Positions 1 to 11,498 of a stretch of 64,000 bases of DNA are shown in pieces. Made by a program: the position numbers and the translations under genes. This DNA comes from an uncultured Fibrobacterota bacterium (GTDB lineage Bacteria > Fibrobacterota > Chitinivibrionia > Chitinivibrionales > FEN-1185). Position 1 is the stretch's first letter. Each line of letters begins with the position of its first letter. The DNA is taken from NCBI GenBank assembly GCA_963753345.1, contig CAVWBU010000024.1:224001-288000 (forward strand), written 5' to 3'. A model generated the notes under the pieces. The model was not told the origin of the DNA, did no database searches, and was given only the letters and a program-made list of their open reading frames with translations.

Positions 1-1
1 C

Positions 2-421
2 AAGGTACGGCTCGGCAACAATAAATTCCGGGGGCATGTCGCACCCATACCTCCTGCTTGCGCGCAGGCTTACAAACAGGTGCTCTTGTGTGAATGCGTC
101 GAGCGTCTCTGCAAGCGAGGCTTTGCGGTGCACGACGTCGTCGTCGACCAGGAACATCGCCAGAGCCTCATCGTCGAGCCTGTTGCACAGCGCCGCCACG
201 TCGCCGCGAAACGATTGTTCCTGCCGCCACAGCAGCCCGTCTGCCGCCGTCTCCCGCTGCGCGAGTTCGTATCCCGCCGCAAACGCGGGGGACGTCGCCC
301 TGTGCAGCACCGTGATGCTGGTGCAGGGCGCATAAAAATGATCGCTAAGGCTTTGCAGGAGAGACAGGACCTGACAGGCGCGGTCCTTGGAAAAGATTAC
401 GATATGAAGATCTCGAGACAT
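2..421 (-). CDS. Partial glycosyltransferase-like protein (GT-A type); runs off the window start
   Basis: Hand translation, not in the ORF track: MSRDLHIVIFSKDRACQVLSLLQSL...AMFLVDDDVVHRK...PYL. It is open to the edge, has an FSKDR N-terminus and a DxD-like VDDD motif, and lies downstream of the ABC exporter on the same strand. Confidence 0.65.
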   Translation of the reverse strand, partial: MSRDLHIVIFSKDRACQVLSLLQSLSDHFYAPCTSITVLHRATSPAFAAGYELAQRETAADGLLWRQEQSFRGDVAALCNRLDDEALAMFLVDDDVVHRKASLAETLDAFTQEHLFVSLRASRRYGCDMPPEFIVAEPYL

Positions 422-474
422 CGTGGTTTGGTTGCGGACGGGCGCACAAGGGGAAAGCAGGCACGCCTCGGCCG

Positions 475-2310
475 TTACGCGGTCGCCTGCATAAACTGGA
501 TCTGATGGAGATACTTGTATCGTTTGTTAAGCTTCATGAGCTCGTCGTGCGTTCCCTGTTCGGTGAGCCGCCCGTCCTCCAGCACCAGGATCCGGTCGGC
601 GCGCGCAATGGTCGACAGCCGGTGCGCCACCACAAGCGCCGTGCGGTCCTTCATGAGGGTGTTGATCGCGCTTTGCACCAGCCGCTCCGATTCGGTGTCC
701 AGCGCGGACGTGGCCTCGTCGAGGATGAGGATCTGCGGGTTCTTGAGCAGGGCGCGCGCAATGGCCAGGCGCTGGCGCTGGCCGCCCGACAGCATGACGC
801 CACGCTCGCCGATTACCGTTGAAAGCCCGCGGGGCATTTTCTCGATAAACTCCCAGGCCTGCGCCGCTTTGGCCGCCTCGACGATGGCTTCGAGCGGCGC
901 GCCGGTTATGCCGTACGAAATATTGTTCTGCACGGTATCGTTGAACAGCACCGTCTCCTGCGACACGATCCCGAACAGGCTGCGCAGGCCGACCAGGTCG
1001 AATTCCCTTGTGTCAATGCCGTCGATGGTGATGGAACCGCCCGAGATGTCGTAGAAGCGCGGCAGCAGGTCCAGAATGGTAGTCTTGCCGCTGCCGCTCG
1101 ACCCCACGAGCGCGACCACCTGGCCCTTCGCAACCGTAAAGCTCACGTTGCGGATCACTTCCTCTTCGCATCCGGGGTAGGTGAAGCGCACGTCGGCCAG
1201 CCTAATCTCGTGTTCAAACGCCGGCGCCACGCTCGCGGCCACGCTCGGCAGCTTCTCCGGCGGCGTGTCGAGAATGGCGAACACCCGGTCGGCCGCGGCG
1301 AGCCCTGCCTGAATGGAGTTGTTTACCTGCGAGAGCGATTTGAGCGGCTGGAACATGATGAACAGAAAGGCCAGGAACCGAACGAAATCCTCGCCGGTAA
1401 ATCCTTTTCCCATGAGAACGTCGCGGCCGCCCAGCCAGAGCAGCGCGGCAACCATGAAAATGCCGAGCGTTTCGGTAAGCGGACTCGACATCGCATTAAA
1501 GACCTGGACGCGAAAGCTGGTCTTGGTGAACCGCCTGTTCTCGGCCCGAAACTTCGCTTCCTCCGCCTCGTTCATGTTGAACATCTTGACGACACGGATG
1601 CAGTTCACCGTCTCGTTCATTATGGAAGAAAGTCCGGATATTATTTCGAGCGAACGCCTGCTTCTGCGGCGGACCGTTCTTCCGATTTGCACGACGAGCA
1701 CGCCGAGAATGGGATAAATGCCGAACACGAACAGCGTGAGTTTGGGGCTTATGATGATAAGGACGGTAATGAAGAAAATCAGCCGGAGCGGGTCGGTGAC
1801 GATCTTTTCGAACGTCCCCGTCATCGAATTGTTGATTGCGGCGATATCGTTGAACATGAGGGAAATGATATTACCCGACCGGTTGCGGTCGTAATAGGTT
1901 ACCGGCAGGACGAGGGCGTGGGAATACAAGTGGTTGCGCATGTCGCGCGTGATGAAGAAATTAAGGTTGCCGGTGACCAGCCCCTTGACATAAGAAAAGA
2001 TGTTCTTCGCGAGGAAAAATAGGATAAGCCACAGGCAGACGATCTTGAGCGTGTCGAAAACGTTGTCGCGCTTGACAAGAAGATAGGTCCAGTATTTGAG
2101 GACCTCGTTGGCGTTGTTGATGGAAAACGCGGGCCGCGCCATGGTGAAGGATTCCGGCTTGAAAATCGACTTGATGAGGGGCCCGAAGAACCACAGGGAC
2201 AGGGATTCGAACGTCACCACGAGGAGCGAGAGGACCACCGTGAGCACCAGCATGGGGATGTACGGCTTGAGGTAGCCGAGCATGCGGAGATACTGTTTAA
2301 AGTGGTTCAT
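475..2310 (-). CDS. ABC transporter ATP-binding/permease, MsbA-like lipid/glycolipid exporter
   Basis: N-terminal multi-pass TM domain, Walker A GSSGSGKT, signature LSGGQRQR, Walker B ILILDEATS, AHRLST. Confidence 0.92.
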   Translation of the reverse strand: MNHFKQYLRMLGYLKPYIPMLVLTVVLSLLVVTFESLSLWFFGPLIKSIFKPESFTMARPAFSINNANEVLKYWTYLLVKRDNVFDTLKIVCLWLILFFLAKNIFSYVKGLVTGNLNFFITRDMRNHLYSHALVLPVTYYDRNRSGNIISLMFNDIAAINNSMTGTFEKIVTDPLRLIFFITVLIIISPKLTLFVFGIYPILGVLVVQIGRTVRRRSRRSLEIISGLSSIMNETVNCIRVVKMFNMNEAEEAKFRAENRRFTKTSFRVQVFNAMSSPLTETLGIFMVAALLWLGGRDVLMGKGFTGEDFVRFLAFLFIMFQPLKSLSQVNNSIQAGLAAADRVFAILDTPPEKLPSVAASVAPAFEHEIRLADVRFTYPGCEEEVIRNVSFTVAKGQVVALVGSSGSGKTTILDLLPRFYDISGGSITIDGIDTREFDLVGLRSLFGIVSQETVLFNDTVQNNISYGITGAPLEAIVEAAKAAQAWEFIEKMPRGLSTVIGERGVMLSGGQRQRLAIARALLKNPQILILDEATSALDTESERLVQSAINTLMKDRTALVVAHRLSTIARADRILVLEDGRLTEQGTHDELMKLNKRYKYLHQIQFMQATA

Positions 2311-2491
2311 CGAACGTTCCTGTTGCGCGGCGCCGACGCGCCTGCGGTACGAAGAAAATACCTCAACGAAGGAATATCATCAACAGATTCGCGCGCGAAG
2401 TTTGTGGAGGCGCGCGAGAAACCGATACTATATTAGTTGATCCAAGGATCGATGTCTCATGCCGTTCTCCCTTGTCCCGAGCGAGCCTTCG

Positions 2492-3208
2492 ATGAGATGG
2501 GGCAGAAAAAACGTTGCGGGATTGATTGTCCTCTGTTGTTCCTTTTTGGCAATGGGCCAGCAGCAGGAGCTTTCATTCTCCTCGCGTCAACTATATGCCG
2601 CCGTAAGCCTCGCCTACAGCGCCCGCGCGGGGTACATCGATTTCGACAGCCCGCAAAAGAGCGTCGCCGTGGCAAAACCGGACCTGCTTGCGCTCGGGCT
2701 CACGGCGGGATTCCGCTTTCCCCTCACTCGTCTGCTGCGCGCGCAACTCGGCCTGGCATTCGATGCGGGCGCAGCCACCGACGACACCCTGTTCACCGCC
2801 CAGCCGTCTCTTGACAATTACTACTACTACCGCATCTCGTTTGAACCCTCGCTCCACTGTGCGCTCGCGCCGCCGTCGTGGCGCGCGGTCCCCTTTGCGG
2901 TGCTCGGCGCGGGCGTCAACGCTGTCTACGTGGACGAGCGGACGTTTTTTGCAAGCGACCCGGGCCAGGAGGTGATCTACACCGACCGGTACTATGTCAA
3001 GCAGTGGTCGTGGTCGGTGAGCGCCAGCGCGGGCCTCGGACTCGACGTGCGGCTCACCCGTCGCATGGGAATCACCCTTGTCTCAACCTTTCGCTGGCTG
3101 TATCCCGTGTCCTGGGACGTCCAGGAGGATTTTCCGCTGTATGCGCTTCACTACACCGAAACGCTCTACGGCGACGTGACGTGGCTGGGCGTGACCTTCC
3201 GCATGTAA
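2492..3208 (+). CDS. Putative outer-membrane beta-barrel protein
   Basis: Signal-peptide-like N-terminus, alternating amphipathic strands (AVPFAVLGAGVN, AGLGLDVRL) and a C-terminal WLGVTFRM strand. The start is uncertain (2459 or 2492). Confidence 0.6.
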   Translation: MRWGRKNVAGLIVLCCSFLAMGQQQELSFSSRQLYAAVSLAYSARAGYIDFDSPQKSVAVAKPDLLALGLTAGFRFPLTRLLRAQLGLAFDAGAATDDTLFTAQPSLDNYYYYRISFEPSLHCALAPPSWRAVPFAVLGAGVNAVYVDERTFFASDPGQEVIYTDRYYVKQWSWSVSASAGLGLDVRLTRRMGITLVSTFRWLYPVSWDVQEDFPLYALHYTETLYGDVTWLGVTFRM

Positions 3209-3217
3209 ATCGCGGCG

Positions 3218-4012
3218 TCAGCGCCCGTGCTCCGGCAGCACCGCGCTCCTGACGAATCCGCACAATACCACGGCGGCAAGCTCGGTACGGAGCCGGTTCC
3301 CGGAGAGGGATACGAACACCGCCTTGCGGGACATGAGCGCCGTACTTTCCTTAGGAGAAAATCCTCCCGGCGGGCCCACAAAGCAGGACACGAACGGCGC
3401 ATCCCGCACAACGCCGGCCGCCAGAGGCAGGGGCGCGCCCTTTTCGTCGGCAACAAGCGCCGGGCATCCCTCGCCCGCCGAAAGCGCCTCGGAAAATGCC
3501 GTCGGCCGGGCGAGAAGCGGCAGCCAGGCGCTGCGCGCCTGCTTGATTCCCGCGATCATTTTGGCGCGCAGCCGCGCCTCGTGTTTTTCCCACGCCCGCC
3601 ACCACGGCTCCCGGCAGGACTCGCACAGGACCGGGACAATGGCCGCCGCGCCGAGCGCGGCCAGGTCCTGCACGAGGCCGCCGAATTCCTCTTTGTCGCA
3701 CAGGCCCACGCACATGCGGACCTCGGGCGCAGCCCTCTCTGTTGTCACCATTTTCTCGACCGACAGCTGCGCCCCGTCGGGTGCCCGTCGTCCGGCGCGG
3801 CATTCGAAGATACGCCCCTTTCCGTCGGTGACGCGGAGCATTTGGTCCCGCGCGGCGCGCACCGCCGAAAACGCATGCCGGCATTCCTCTTTGTCGAGGA
3901 ATACCGCGCCGTTTTCGATGCGCGACGAAAAGAAGAGAAAGTGGGACGGGTCCGTGGCCTGTTTCTCCGGTTGATGGGTTGACCAGGTGACGCATGAACG
4001 CGTCGACCTCAA
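3218..4012 (-). CDS. rsmE: 16S rRNA m3U1498 methyltransferase
   Basis: HAFSAVR, VTDGKG, VGPPGGFS and LSGNRLRTELAA SPOUT motifs. The start is uncertain; I used the TTG overlapping the ferredoxin stop. Confidence 0.85.
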   Translation of the reverse strand: MRSTRSCVTWSTHQPEKQATDPSHFLFFSSRIENGAVFLDKEECRHAFSAVRAARDQMLRVTDGKGRIFECRAGRRAPDGAQLSVEKMVTTERAAPEVRMCVGLCDKEEFGGLVQDLAALGAAAIVPVLCESCREPWWRAWEKHEARLRAKMIAGIKQARSAWLPLLARPTAFSEALSAGEGCPALVADEKGAPLPLAAGVVRDAPFVSCFVGPPGGFSPKESTALMSRKAVFVSLSGNRLRTELAAVVLCGFVRSAVLPEHGR

Positions 4013-4203
4013 TCTTCCACTACGATCGCGTCCACCGGGCAATTCGCCGCAGCTTCGCGGCACTTGTCCTTGAGCTCCACGGGAACGCGGTCCGTCGCGG
4101 GTTTTGCCACGTTGAACTCATCGTCCATCACAAAAACTTCGGGACACGTGTCGGCGCACAGGCCGCACCCGATGCAAACATCTTTCTTCACCGTCGCCTT
4201 CAT
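4009..4203 (-). CDS. Monocluster ferredoxin
   Basis: CIGCGLCADTCP...CPVDAI in a 64-aa protein with an upstream AGGAGG RBS. Confidence 0.92.
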   Translation of the reverse strand: MKATVKKDVCIGCGLCADTCPEVFVMDDEFNVAKPATDRVPVELKDKCREAAANCPVDAIVVED

Positions 4204-4256
4204 GAAATCCTCCTGGATGCCGTTTCGGAAAAAATAACTTGCAGCACCGGCCGGGA

Positions 4257-7200
4257 CTACTTCACGTACAACGTGAGAAGGCTGTCCAGCCTCCTGCTCA
4301 ATTTCTGCGCGCCGGCGTAATTGAGGTGGTTGGGATCAAAAGCCTCGCTGCCGTCGTAATCGTGGTCGCCGCCGTTGTTCGCGTCGTAGAAATGGACAGC
4401 GGGGTTGGCGCGGCACAGGCTGTCGACCCATTGCGCAACGAGGCCGTACGTTGCGCGCGACGGCCCGTACCTGCCGATGGAAGAGGTGTATTTGTAAAGA
4501 GGGTTCTGGGGATAGTTGACGATAATGAGCTGCATGCCGTGCGCGGCCAGCGTGTCGGCCGTTGCCGCCACGGTGCGCAAGTTGGTCTGGACAAAAGTAT
4601 CGGCAAAGGCGTAATCTCCTTTGTCAATAAGCGTGTCGCCCCACCCGCCCGACAGCCGGGACAGCGTAAACCCCGTCGAATCGACGTCGGGCCAGGAGGC
4701 GGGCGAGAGCGCGGCGATCTTGGACGCGACCTGCGCAGGGATCCCCGCCTTCCAGAAATTGTTTTTCTGATCGAACTGGAACCCCTGCGAATCGTGGAGG
4801 CCGTCGAGAAACGGGTCGCTCCAGTAGTAATTGCTGTTGAGGAACCCAGGGTCGAGGTCCAAAATTACCCCTTTAAGGGGCGAATGCAACAGGAAGTAAT
4901 CCTGGGCCAGCACCTCGGAGAGCAGCAGCTCGCCCATGAACGTGGCCATGTTGACGGCGGAGAAAGACCGGATGGCCGAAGGATCGACACCGTAATACGC
5001 GGGGGAACTTCCCACCACGGCGACCTGGAATGCGGCGCACCGTTTCCAGAACAGCTTGAGCTTCTCGGTGATGGTGAGCTGCGAACCGTAGTTGGCCTCC
5101 ATGGGCACGTCGTACTTGGCAAAATCCACATACGGGTCGGGAACCTCCGACACCTGGGCCGGATCTATCCAAAGGTAAGGGTCGCAGAGTCCGTCGCCCT
5201 GGGCCACTTTGAGGTACGACGAATCCTTGAGCGAAATCAGATACAGGGTGCCGTATGAGCCGGAGCTCTGCTTCGCGATTGCCGCGGCAAAATCCGGATG
5301 ATTCGACCACTTCACATCGTCCCACTCGGCAAAGCCCGAGGGTTTTTCAAACCACTTTTGAACATGGTTGGGACAGGCAACGCACGAATTGCAGACAAAG
5401 ATTATCGCATGGAATCCATACGGTTTTCCAACGACCGTGCTTGTTTTAGAATATCCGAAATCGAGAAACATGAGCTGGTCGGGATTCGAAAGGCTCGGGG
5501 AAATCGACACGTTGCACACCTGAATCGTATCGGCGTTGGTGCCCGAATAGGGCGGGAGGAAATATCGCGACAGGAAATTTTCTTTCACATCATAGAGATA
5601 GGCCCTTGGATACCCGGTGGCAAGATACAGTCCGTTTTTAGAAAATCCCCCGTTAAAGGAACCCTTTGCCGTCACCACCTGAGGTGAGGCGGATATCTTG
5701 CCGGCGGCAATATGCCAAAGCAGGGTGCGTTGGGAAGTCCATTGCGGGTCGTTATCCATGGTGGCTGCCTCGGCGCACACCAGGCTCGTGTCGCCTGTCG
5801 CCGTGTCGACCCACCACGACGGAAAATATGCCGACGCCGAGGCGGAGGTGCGGTCGCTGGGTTTCAGCGAATCGCCGAGCTTCCATACCGTGGTCTGTGA
5901 ACGAGAGGAGAATCCCATGTCTTTTGATCCGTATGCCACGTATGCGCCGTTGGGAGATATCCGCGGCCCGAACGGCGTGGCCGTATCTCCAATCACGCGC
6001 ACGGCCGGCGCGGACGAAGTAAAATCGACGTAGCACACCCTGCGCCTGATGCCGTTATCCTTGACAAAAGCAATTTTGAGCGATGATGTGCCGACAAACG
6101 TGATAAGGTCCGATTTCTCGCAGGTCACGGTGATGCCCAGCGTGTCGCTCGCGTTAACCGGCGGCCTGCCGGACGTGTCCGGAAAGAAAACGCCGAGCAC
6201 CGTGCGGAAACCGATGTGCGGGCTGATCACAAGCGCCGGGGCCTTGTAGGGCTCCTCGCTGCGGCTGCTCGAGCGCAGGAACGACGTGCCGAGCTGAAAG
6301 CAGCCCCCCCGCACCGGTCGCTCGTAGGTCGCCTCGAATTGCTCGAGCGTCAGGTTTGTGGGTCCAATTGTGTTTGTAAGAGGCGAATCGGGGTACGGTG
6401 CGAGCCAGTCATTCACGAACTCGGACACGTTGCCTGCCATGTCGAACAGCCCGAAGGCGTTGGGCCGCGTATGGCCCACCGGGTGCGTGGTGCCTCCTGC
6501 ATTGGTGGAATTCCAGGCATAGGCGCCCGCAGAAGCGGAATCGGCGGTGCTGTCGCCCCAGAAATAATCCGACGTCGTTCCCGCGCGGCACGCGTATTCC
6601 CATTCCGCCTCGGTGGGAAGCCGGTAGCCCATGCGGTCGTATTGCGATCACCAGGTTCTCGAGCATGTAGGGACAGCCCCCCGCCGTAGGGCACACCGCG
6701 TCGTAGGTGTACACTGTGTCGTATCCGTCAATCTTGCTTCGAGCGTTGCAGAACAGGGCCGCATTGTACCAGGTCACGTAATACACCGGGAAGCTGTCGC
6801 CCACGCCGAAGGTCCCCTGCGTGGCATTGGCCGTGGAGGGGTTTGTCCCCATCAGCGACCGGTACATGCCCTGCGTCACTTCGCATTTGTCCATAAAGTA
6901 GGCGTAGGTGAAACGCACCGGGTGCGGCGGCCGCTCGATGTCGTACGACATGCCGCTTTTCGACCCCATCAGGAATACGGCTCCGGCGGACCGGATCTCC
7001 ACCATCTGCGCCGAGCCGGGTCTTTTGGCAAACCTTGCCGTGACGGAAACGTTCTTAGACGCTATGATACGCAATGGATTGGCGGTGGAACGGACGTCCC
7101 CGAAAAATCCAATAAAAACATAGCCGGTGCTCGCGGCAGCAGTCACCACCGCTTCGCTTCCCACAGCCACTTTGCCGCCGACCGGGAAAACAGACACCGT

Positions 7201-7380
7201 GCCGTTGGAATCGACAGACGCGGTGATGGTCACCTTGGCGACGTTCGGGGAACCGAGCTGGTCGAGAGAGCATGAAACAAAGAGGAGGACAATGGCCGCC
7301 ACAATGGCACAAGCGGCACGTATGTTGCATGGAGGTGCATGTTGCTTTGACATGACGTTATAAATACGTTTGTTCATCAT
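4257..7380 (-). pseudogene. TIGR02171-like lipoprotein with FGE/SUMF1 domain, split by one frameshift near 6645 (may be a sequencing error)
   Basis: Lipobox LLFVSC. The FGE motifs (FLMGS, FMDKCEVTQ, PVYYVTWYNAALFCN) are in ORF 6409-7494 and continue as RLPTEAEWEYA, NAFGLFDMAGNVSE in ORF 4257-6632. Removing one base restores LVI-QYDRMGYRLP. The C-terminus (GRYGPSR, DHDY, NHLN..GA) resembles the Fibrobacter TIGR02171 family. Confidence 0.75.
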
Positions 7381-7621
7381 AATGATTGAGCGATTCTTAT
7401 TGATTCGCAGCTGCTTGTCGCAGGAAAAATACATCGGAGGACGGAGCGCGGGAACATAGGCGGCAGGGCTGTCATTGACTTTGTCAGTACGCAAGTTCGT
7501 CCACTTTCAAATCAGAGCGCTGCCCTCCCTCATCCTAGGTTTCCGCCCGATTTACAAAATGTATATTATCACTCACGGTTATTAATTCCGGTTTCTCTCT
7601 CACCCCAAAAGGAACCCCCCC

Positions 7622-9067
7622 TTGCCCGGTCCCGAAAACCTCAATCTCCTCCGCCTGTTCAGGGGCGCCGCGCTGTACGGCGTTTCGGACGTGGTGTTCG
7701 CGCTTGTCAGGTTCCTTCTCATCGCCGTGTACACCCGAATCCTCGCGCCCGCCGAGTTCGGGACCTACGCAATCATCGCGGCCACGCTCCAGCTTGTCTG
7801 CATTGTCGTTCCCGCCTGCATCCCCTCCGCAATGATGGTTTCGTTCAGGGAAAGTGACCCGAAAGGCATGGCCGCGCTCAGAAACACCTCCATGCTGTTT
7901 ATTCTCCAGGTCTGCGTTGCAATCGGCGCGGCTTTCTTTGCATGCGCGCGCACCCTGTTCACGGGCACGGCCGTGTCGTCGCTTGCGGTCTGGCTGATCG
8001 TGTGGGGCGCATCCGACATGCTCTGCATGGTGCCGAAAATGTCGCTACGCTTCAACCAGAAAATCGTCCGGTTTGGCGCTGCGCGGATTCTGCGGGTGGC
8101 GGTGATGGTGGGCGTGCTCCTGTGGCTTGTCGAAGCCCGCGCCGCCGGCCTTGCCGCGATTGTCATTTCGGAAGCCGCGGCCGCTGCGGCAGAACTTGTG
8201 TTCTGCTGCATATTTGACGGGTTTTTGCCGCGACCTGCGCCCCTTGCGGGCCTGGGGACACTGCTCGGGCTGGGCCTGCCGCTCACCGCCGTGGGACTTG
8301 GCGTCTTTCTGAATGACCTTTCGGACAGGTATGTGGTCTTCCTGCTTCTGGGCAAGGAGGCAAACGGTTTTTATGCGGCGGCCGCGAAGATAGCCCTGGC
8401 AGGCTCGTTCTGCGCAGAAGCGTTCAATTCCATGTGGCTCCCCTATTACTTCAGGTATGCTCAGAAAAAGGAGTGTCATGACCAGGAACTGCGTGAGTTT
8501 TCAAAAAAGCTTGTCCTGCTCTTTGGCGCGCTGTTCGGGTTTCTGTGCATCGTGCTGCCCCTCCTGGTGAGCCTCAGGATTCTCGGCAGGGATTTCCTTT
8601 CCCCGGCCTATCGCGGGGTTGCGGTTGTTGTCGCGCCGCTCACGCTTGCGTACTTCTTCAAGATGGCCACGTATGTGTCAACGCCCATTCTCACCTTTCG
8701 TAGGAAAATCCTGAAACTCTCGGCCATCATCTGGACCGCCGCAGCCATAAATATCGCCGCCAACGTGGTCTGGTGCCGCGTGTTCGGGGAATCGCATCTG
8801 TATGCGGCCCTCACCGCAATCGCGCTCATGACCTCCCTGTCCTACGGCGTGTGCATGGTGTGGGTGTCGCGTGACGCCGGTCTGTTTACGATGCGTGACT
8901 GGTTTCTTTCGCCCATGACCCTTTTCTGCGGCGCACTCCTTGTTCCGGCTTTCCTGCCCCTGCCGGTGCTGCTCAGGCTCGGACTGTGGGTCGTGCTTGC
9001 CGCCGTTCTCTATAAGAGGGAGTTTGCAAACAGCAACATACTGGGGCGGCTGATACACGGGGAGTGA
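7622..9067 (+). CDS. Wzx-like polysaccharide/oligosaccharide flippase
   Basis: About 12-14 hydrophobic segments with YTRILAPAEFG, SDRYVV and GFYAAA motifs of the polysaccharide-biosynthesis (MOP) family. Confidence 0.85.
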   Translation: MPGPENLNLLRLFRGAALYGVSDVVFALVRFLLIAVYTRILAPAEFGTYAIIAATLQLVCIVVPACIPSAMMVSFRESDPKGMAALRNTSMLFILQVCVAIGAAFFACARTLFTGTAVSSLAVWLIVWGASDMLCMVPKMSLRFNQKIVRFGAARILRVAVMVGVLLWLVEARAAGLAAIVISEAAAAAAELVFCCIFDGFLPRPAPLAGLGTLLGLGLPLTAVGLGVFLNDLSDRYVVFLLLGKEANGFYAAAAKIALAGSFCAEAFNSMWLPYYFRYAQKKECHDQELREFSKKLVLLFGALFGFLCIVLPLLVSLRILGRDFLSPAYRGVAVVVAPLTLAYFFKMATYVSTPILTFRRKILKLSAIIWTAAAINIAANVVWCRVFGESHLYAALTAIALMTSLSYGVCMVWVSRDAGLFTMRDWFLSPMTLFCGALLVPAFLPLPVLLRLGLWVVLAAVLYKREFANSNILGRLIHGE

Positions 9068-9257
9068 AATGCGCGGCCGGCCGCGGCACATGCACAAAGA
9101 AACATCAAAACGCGTTTCTTAATCGTAATGTCTGTTGCGCTGCGCGGTCATTGCCGAGTTTACGGGGCGGCGCCGCGGGAATTAATTTATCCGTCTTGAC
9201 ATTGTCCGCCGGGCAGCGATCAAGGTCGAACGTCATTTTTTCCAAGAAATTCTTTTC

Positions 9258-11498
9258 ATGAAAAGATCCTCTGTTGCGATCCTCTCTCTCGCGTTGACCG
9301 GGCTGGCAGTCCCTGCGCTCGCTCCGAGCCCGGTCCACGCGGGCACCATCCTCAAACAGTTCGGCTCGTTCAAGGCCGTCAATGCCGTTGTTCCGGCGGG
9401 CAATATGCTTTGGCTTGCCACATCCGGCGGTGTGGTGCGGTACGATAGGACCAGCGGCGCGACCAAAGTCTACGCCGAGGTTTCCGACATTCCGGACCTC
9501 AACATTACTGCCGCGGCGATCGACAATGCCCAGGACCTCTGGTTCGGCACCGGAAGCGGGTTCCTCCTGCGATGCCATCCGCAGACCGAGACATTCACCT
9601 CGTTTAACGCTCTCGCCTCGACCGGTTGGCAAATCGGCTGCCTGGCACGAAGCGGTGGGTTCCTTTTCATTGGCACCCAGAAGGGACTCGGCATTTTCAA
9701 TATTGCGCGGCAGTCATTTCAAAACGCCACCCAATTTGGCACCTCCACCACAGACAGCGTGACCGACGTCCGGGTGTTCGGCGATACCGTCGCCTTCGTG
9801 GTGCCGGACGGCATGGCCTATACCGTGTCGAACAGTTTTGCAAATACCATTTTTTCCGATCCGAGCATCTGGACCTTTGTCCCCTCTCCCGGTGCTTTCG
9901 GAATAGTCCGCCGCGCCGACAGCCTGGTTCCCAGCCCCAGAATTTCGATGCAATCCGGCTCGAACCTGTGGCAATACGGAGGTGGCGGCAACGGTCTGTG
10001 GCTCAACGGGACGCCGGTCGGCATACCCGCAAAGGATTTCGGATCTCCGGTGAGGTGCGTCGCCCCGCTGTCCGATTCTCAGGTGGCCGTGGGCACGCAA
10101 AGCACCTTCTGGTACCTCTGTGATATGGGGAAACAAACCTACGTTCAGCAGACGCTCAACGGCCCCGAGGATTCGTACATTAAAGGGTGCGCGGTCGACA
10201 AGGACGGCGTGCTGTGGTATGTTCCCTACGATCTTACGAACGGCATAGGCAAATTCGACGGGAAGCAGTGGACAAGCTTGACATACCTTACTACGCCGGG
10301 ACTCCCGCCCATGTACGGCGGCCCGTTCGTCAGCAAGAACGGCGTCATGGTTACCTCGCAGAACGACATCTGGGTTTCGACGTTCGCCTATGGCGCCAAA
10401 TGGTTCAACCGGCAAGCCAGCACCTGGACATCATACGAGGACAGCTATTCTCCCTATTACGTGCAGCCGTCTCCCATTGTCCGGTATGCTTCCGACACCA
10501 CGAAGTGGTGGAGCATTGTTTCGTCGGCTTCCGAAGACTCTCTCGGCTACATCTGGCTGGCAAACAACAACGCCTACGACGGAAATTTTCTCCATGTCCG
10601 CAAGCCGCGCGACAATGCCGCGTCCGCATGGCGGAGTTTTAATTTCACCCAGCTCAACGACAACAGATTTCCGCTTGCCATCGGCGCCGTTGCCGCAAAC
10701 CAGAACAGGGCAACCGGTACCCAATACATTTATCTGGGGTTCAACCTGCAAGACGACATGAAGGGCGGAGGCATGGCTATCCTGAGTTATTCGTCGTCGA
10801 ACAGTCCGGTGGATTCGCAGACCCCGGTTCAATTCCAGACAAACGGGGCGAAGTTGTTTTCGGGGTTCGCGGTTATCAACGACACGCTCGTGTGGATCGC
10901 CGTTGAAGACGGGATTTACCGGATAACAAACAACGACATTTCGACCCTTTCCAGGATGAGCGCCATCACCTCAAGCACCACCTTTGACGCGATAGCGGCG
11001 GGTCCGAACGGCAAGCCCGTGTTCTGCAAGGACAACGACCTTTATTCATACAACGACGACGACTCCTCCCTCACCAATCTCACACGATGCGGAACGCTCG
11101 CCTCGCCGGTGAACTGGATCACCTTCGACAGGAAAAGCGGCGCATACTGGATTGCGACGTCGTCCGGGCTGTACCGGTTCCAGGCCGGCGACACCGGCGC
11201 GGTCCAGGCCGGCGCATCGGCGGCAACCATCGACGTATTTCCGAATCCCATTTCGAGGACCGCGCTCCGGAACATGCACCCGATCAGGTTCACCCGGCTC
11301 AACGCGCAGAGCCCGCATGTCCGCATTTACGACGCGTCCGGCACGCTCGTGAAGGTGTTGACGGACCAGAACACCACCATCATCAACTGGAACGGCGCCA
11401 ACAACGCGGGCCGCATCGTGATTCCGGGAGCCTATTTCTACCAGGCGAATTCTTCGAACGGCACGTCGTGCAGGGGGAAGATTTTCATCATTCCGTGA
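9258..11498 (+). CDS. PorZ-like beta-propeller protein with T9SS/FlgD-like C-terminal domain
   Basis: Signal peptide, repeated two-component-propeller motifs (LWLATSGG, LWFGTG, IWVST, YWIATSSGL), and a C-terminal VFPNP...IYDASG...WNG...PGAYFY tail. Confidence 0.7.
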   Translation: MKRSSVAILSLALTGLAVPALAPSPVHAGTILKQFGSFKAVNAVVPAGNMLWLATSGGVVRYDRTSGATKVYAEVSDIPDLNITAAAIDNAQDLWFGTGSGFLLRCHPQTETFTSFNALASTGWQIGCLARSGGFLFIGTQKGLGIFNIARQSFQNATQFGTSTTDSVTDVRVFGDTVAFVVPDGMAYTVSNSFANTIFSDPSIWTFVPSPGAFGIVRRADSLVPSPRISMQSGSNLWQYGGGGNGLWLNGTPVGIPAKDFGSPVRCVAPLSDSQVAVGTQSTFWYLCDMGKQTYVQQTLNGPEDSYIKGCAVDKDGVLWYVPYDLTNGIGKFDGKQWTSLTYLTTPGLPPMYGGPFVSKNGVMVTSQNDIWVSTFAYGAKWFNRQASTWTSYEDSYSPYYVQPSPIVRYASDTTKWWSIVSSASEDSLGYIWLANNNAYDGNFLHVRKPRDNAASAWRSFNFTQLNDNRFPLAIGAVAANQNRATGTQYIYLGFNLQDDMKGGGMAILSYSSSNSPVDSQTPVQFQTNGAKLFSGFAVINDTLVWIAVEDGIYRITNNDISTLSRMSAITSSTTFDAIAAGPNGKPVFCKDNDLYSYNDDDSSLTNLTRCGTLASPVNWITFDRKSGAYWIATSSGLYRFQAGDTGAVQAGASAATIDVFPNPISRTALRNMHPIRFTRLNAQSPHVRIYDASGTLVKVLTDQNTTIINWNGANNAGRIVIPGAYFYQANSSNGTSCRGKIFIIP

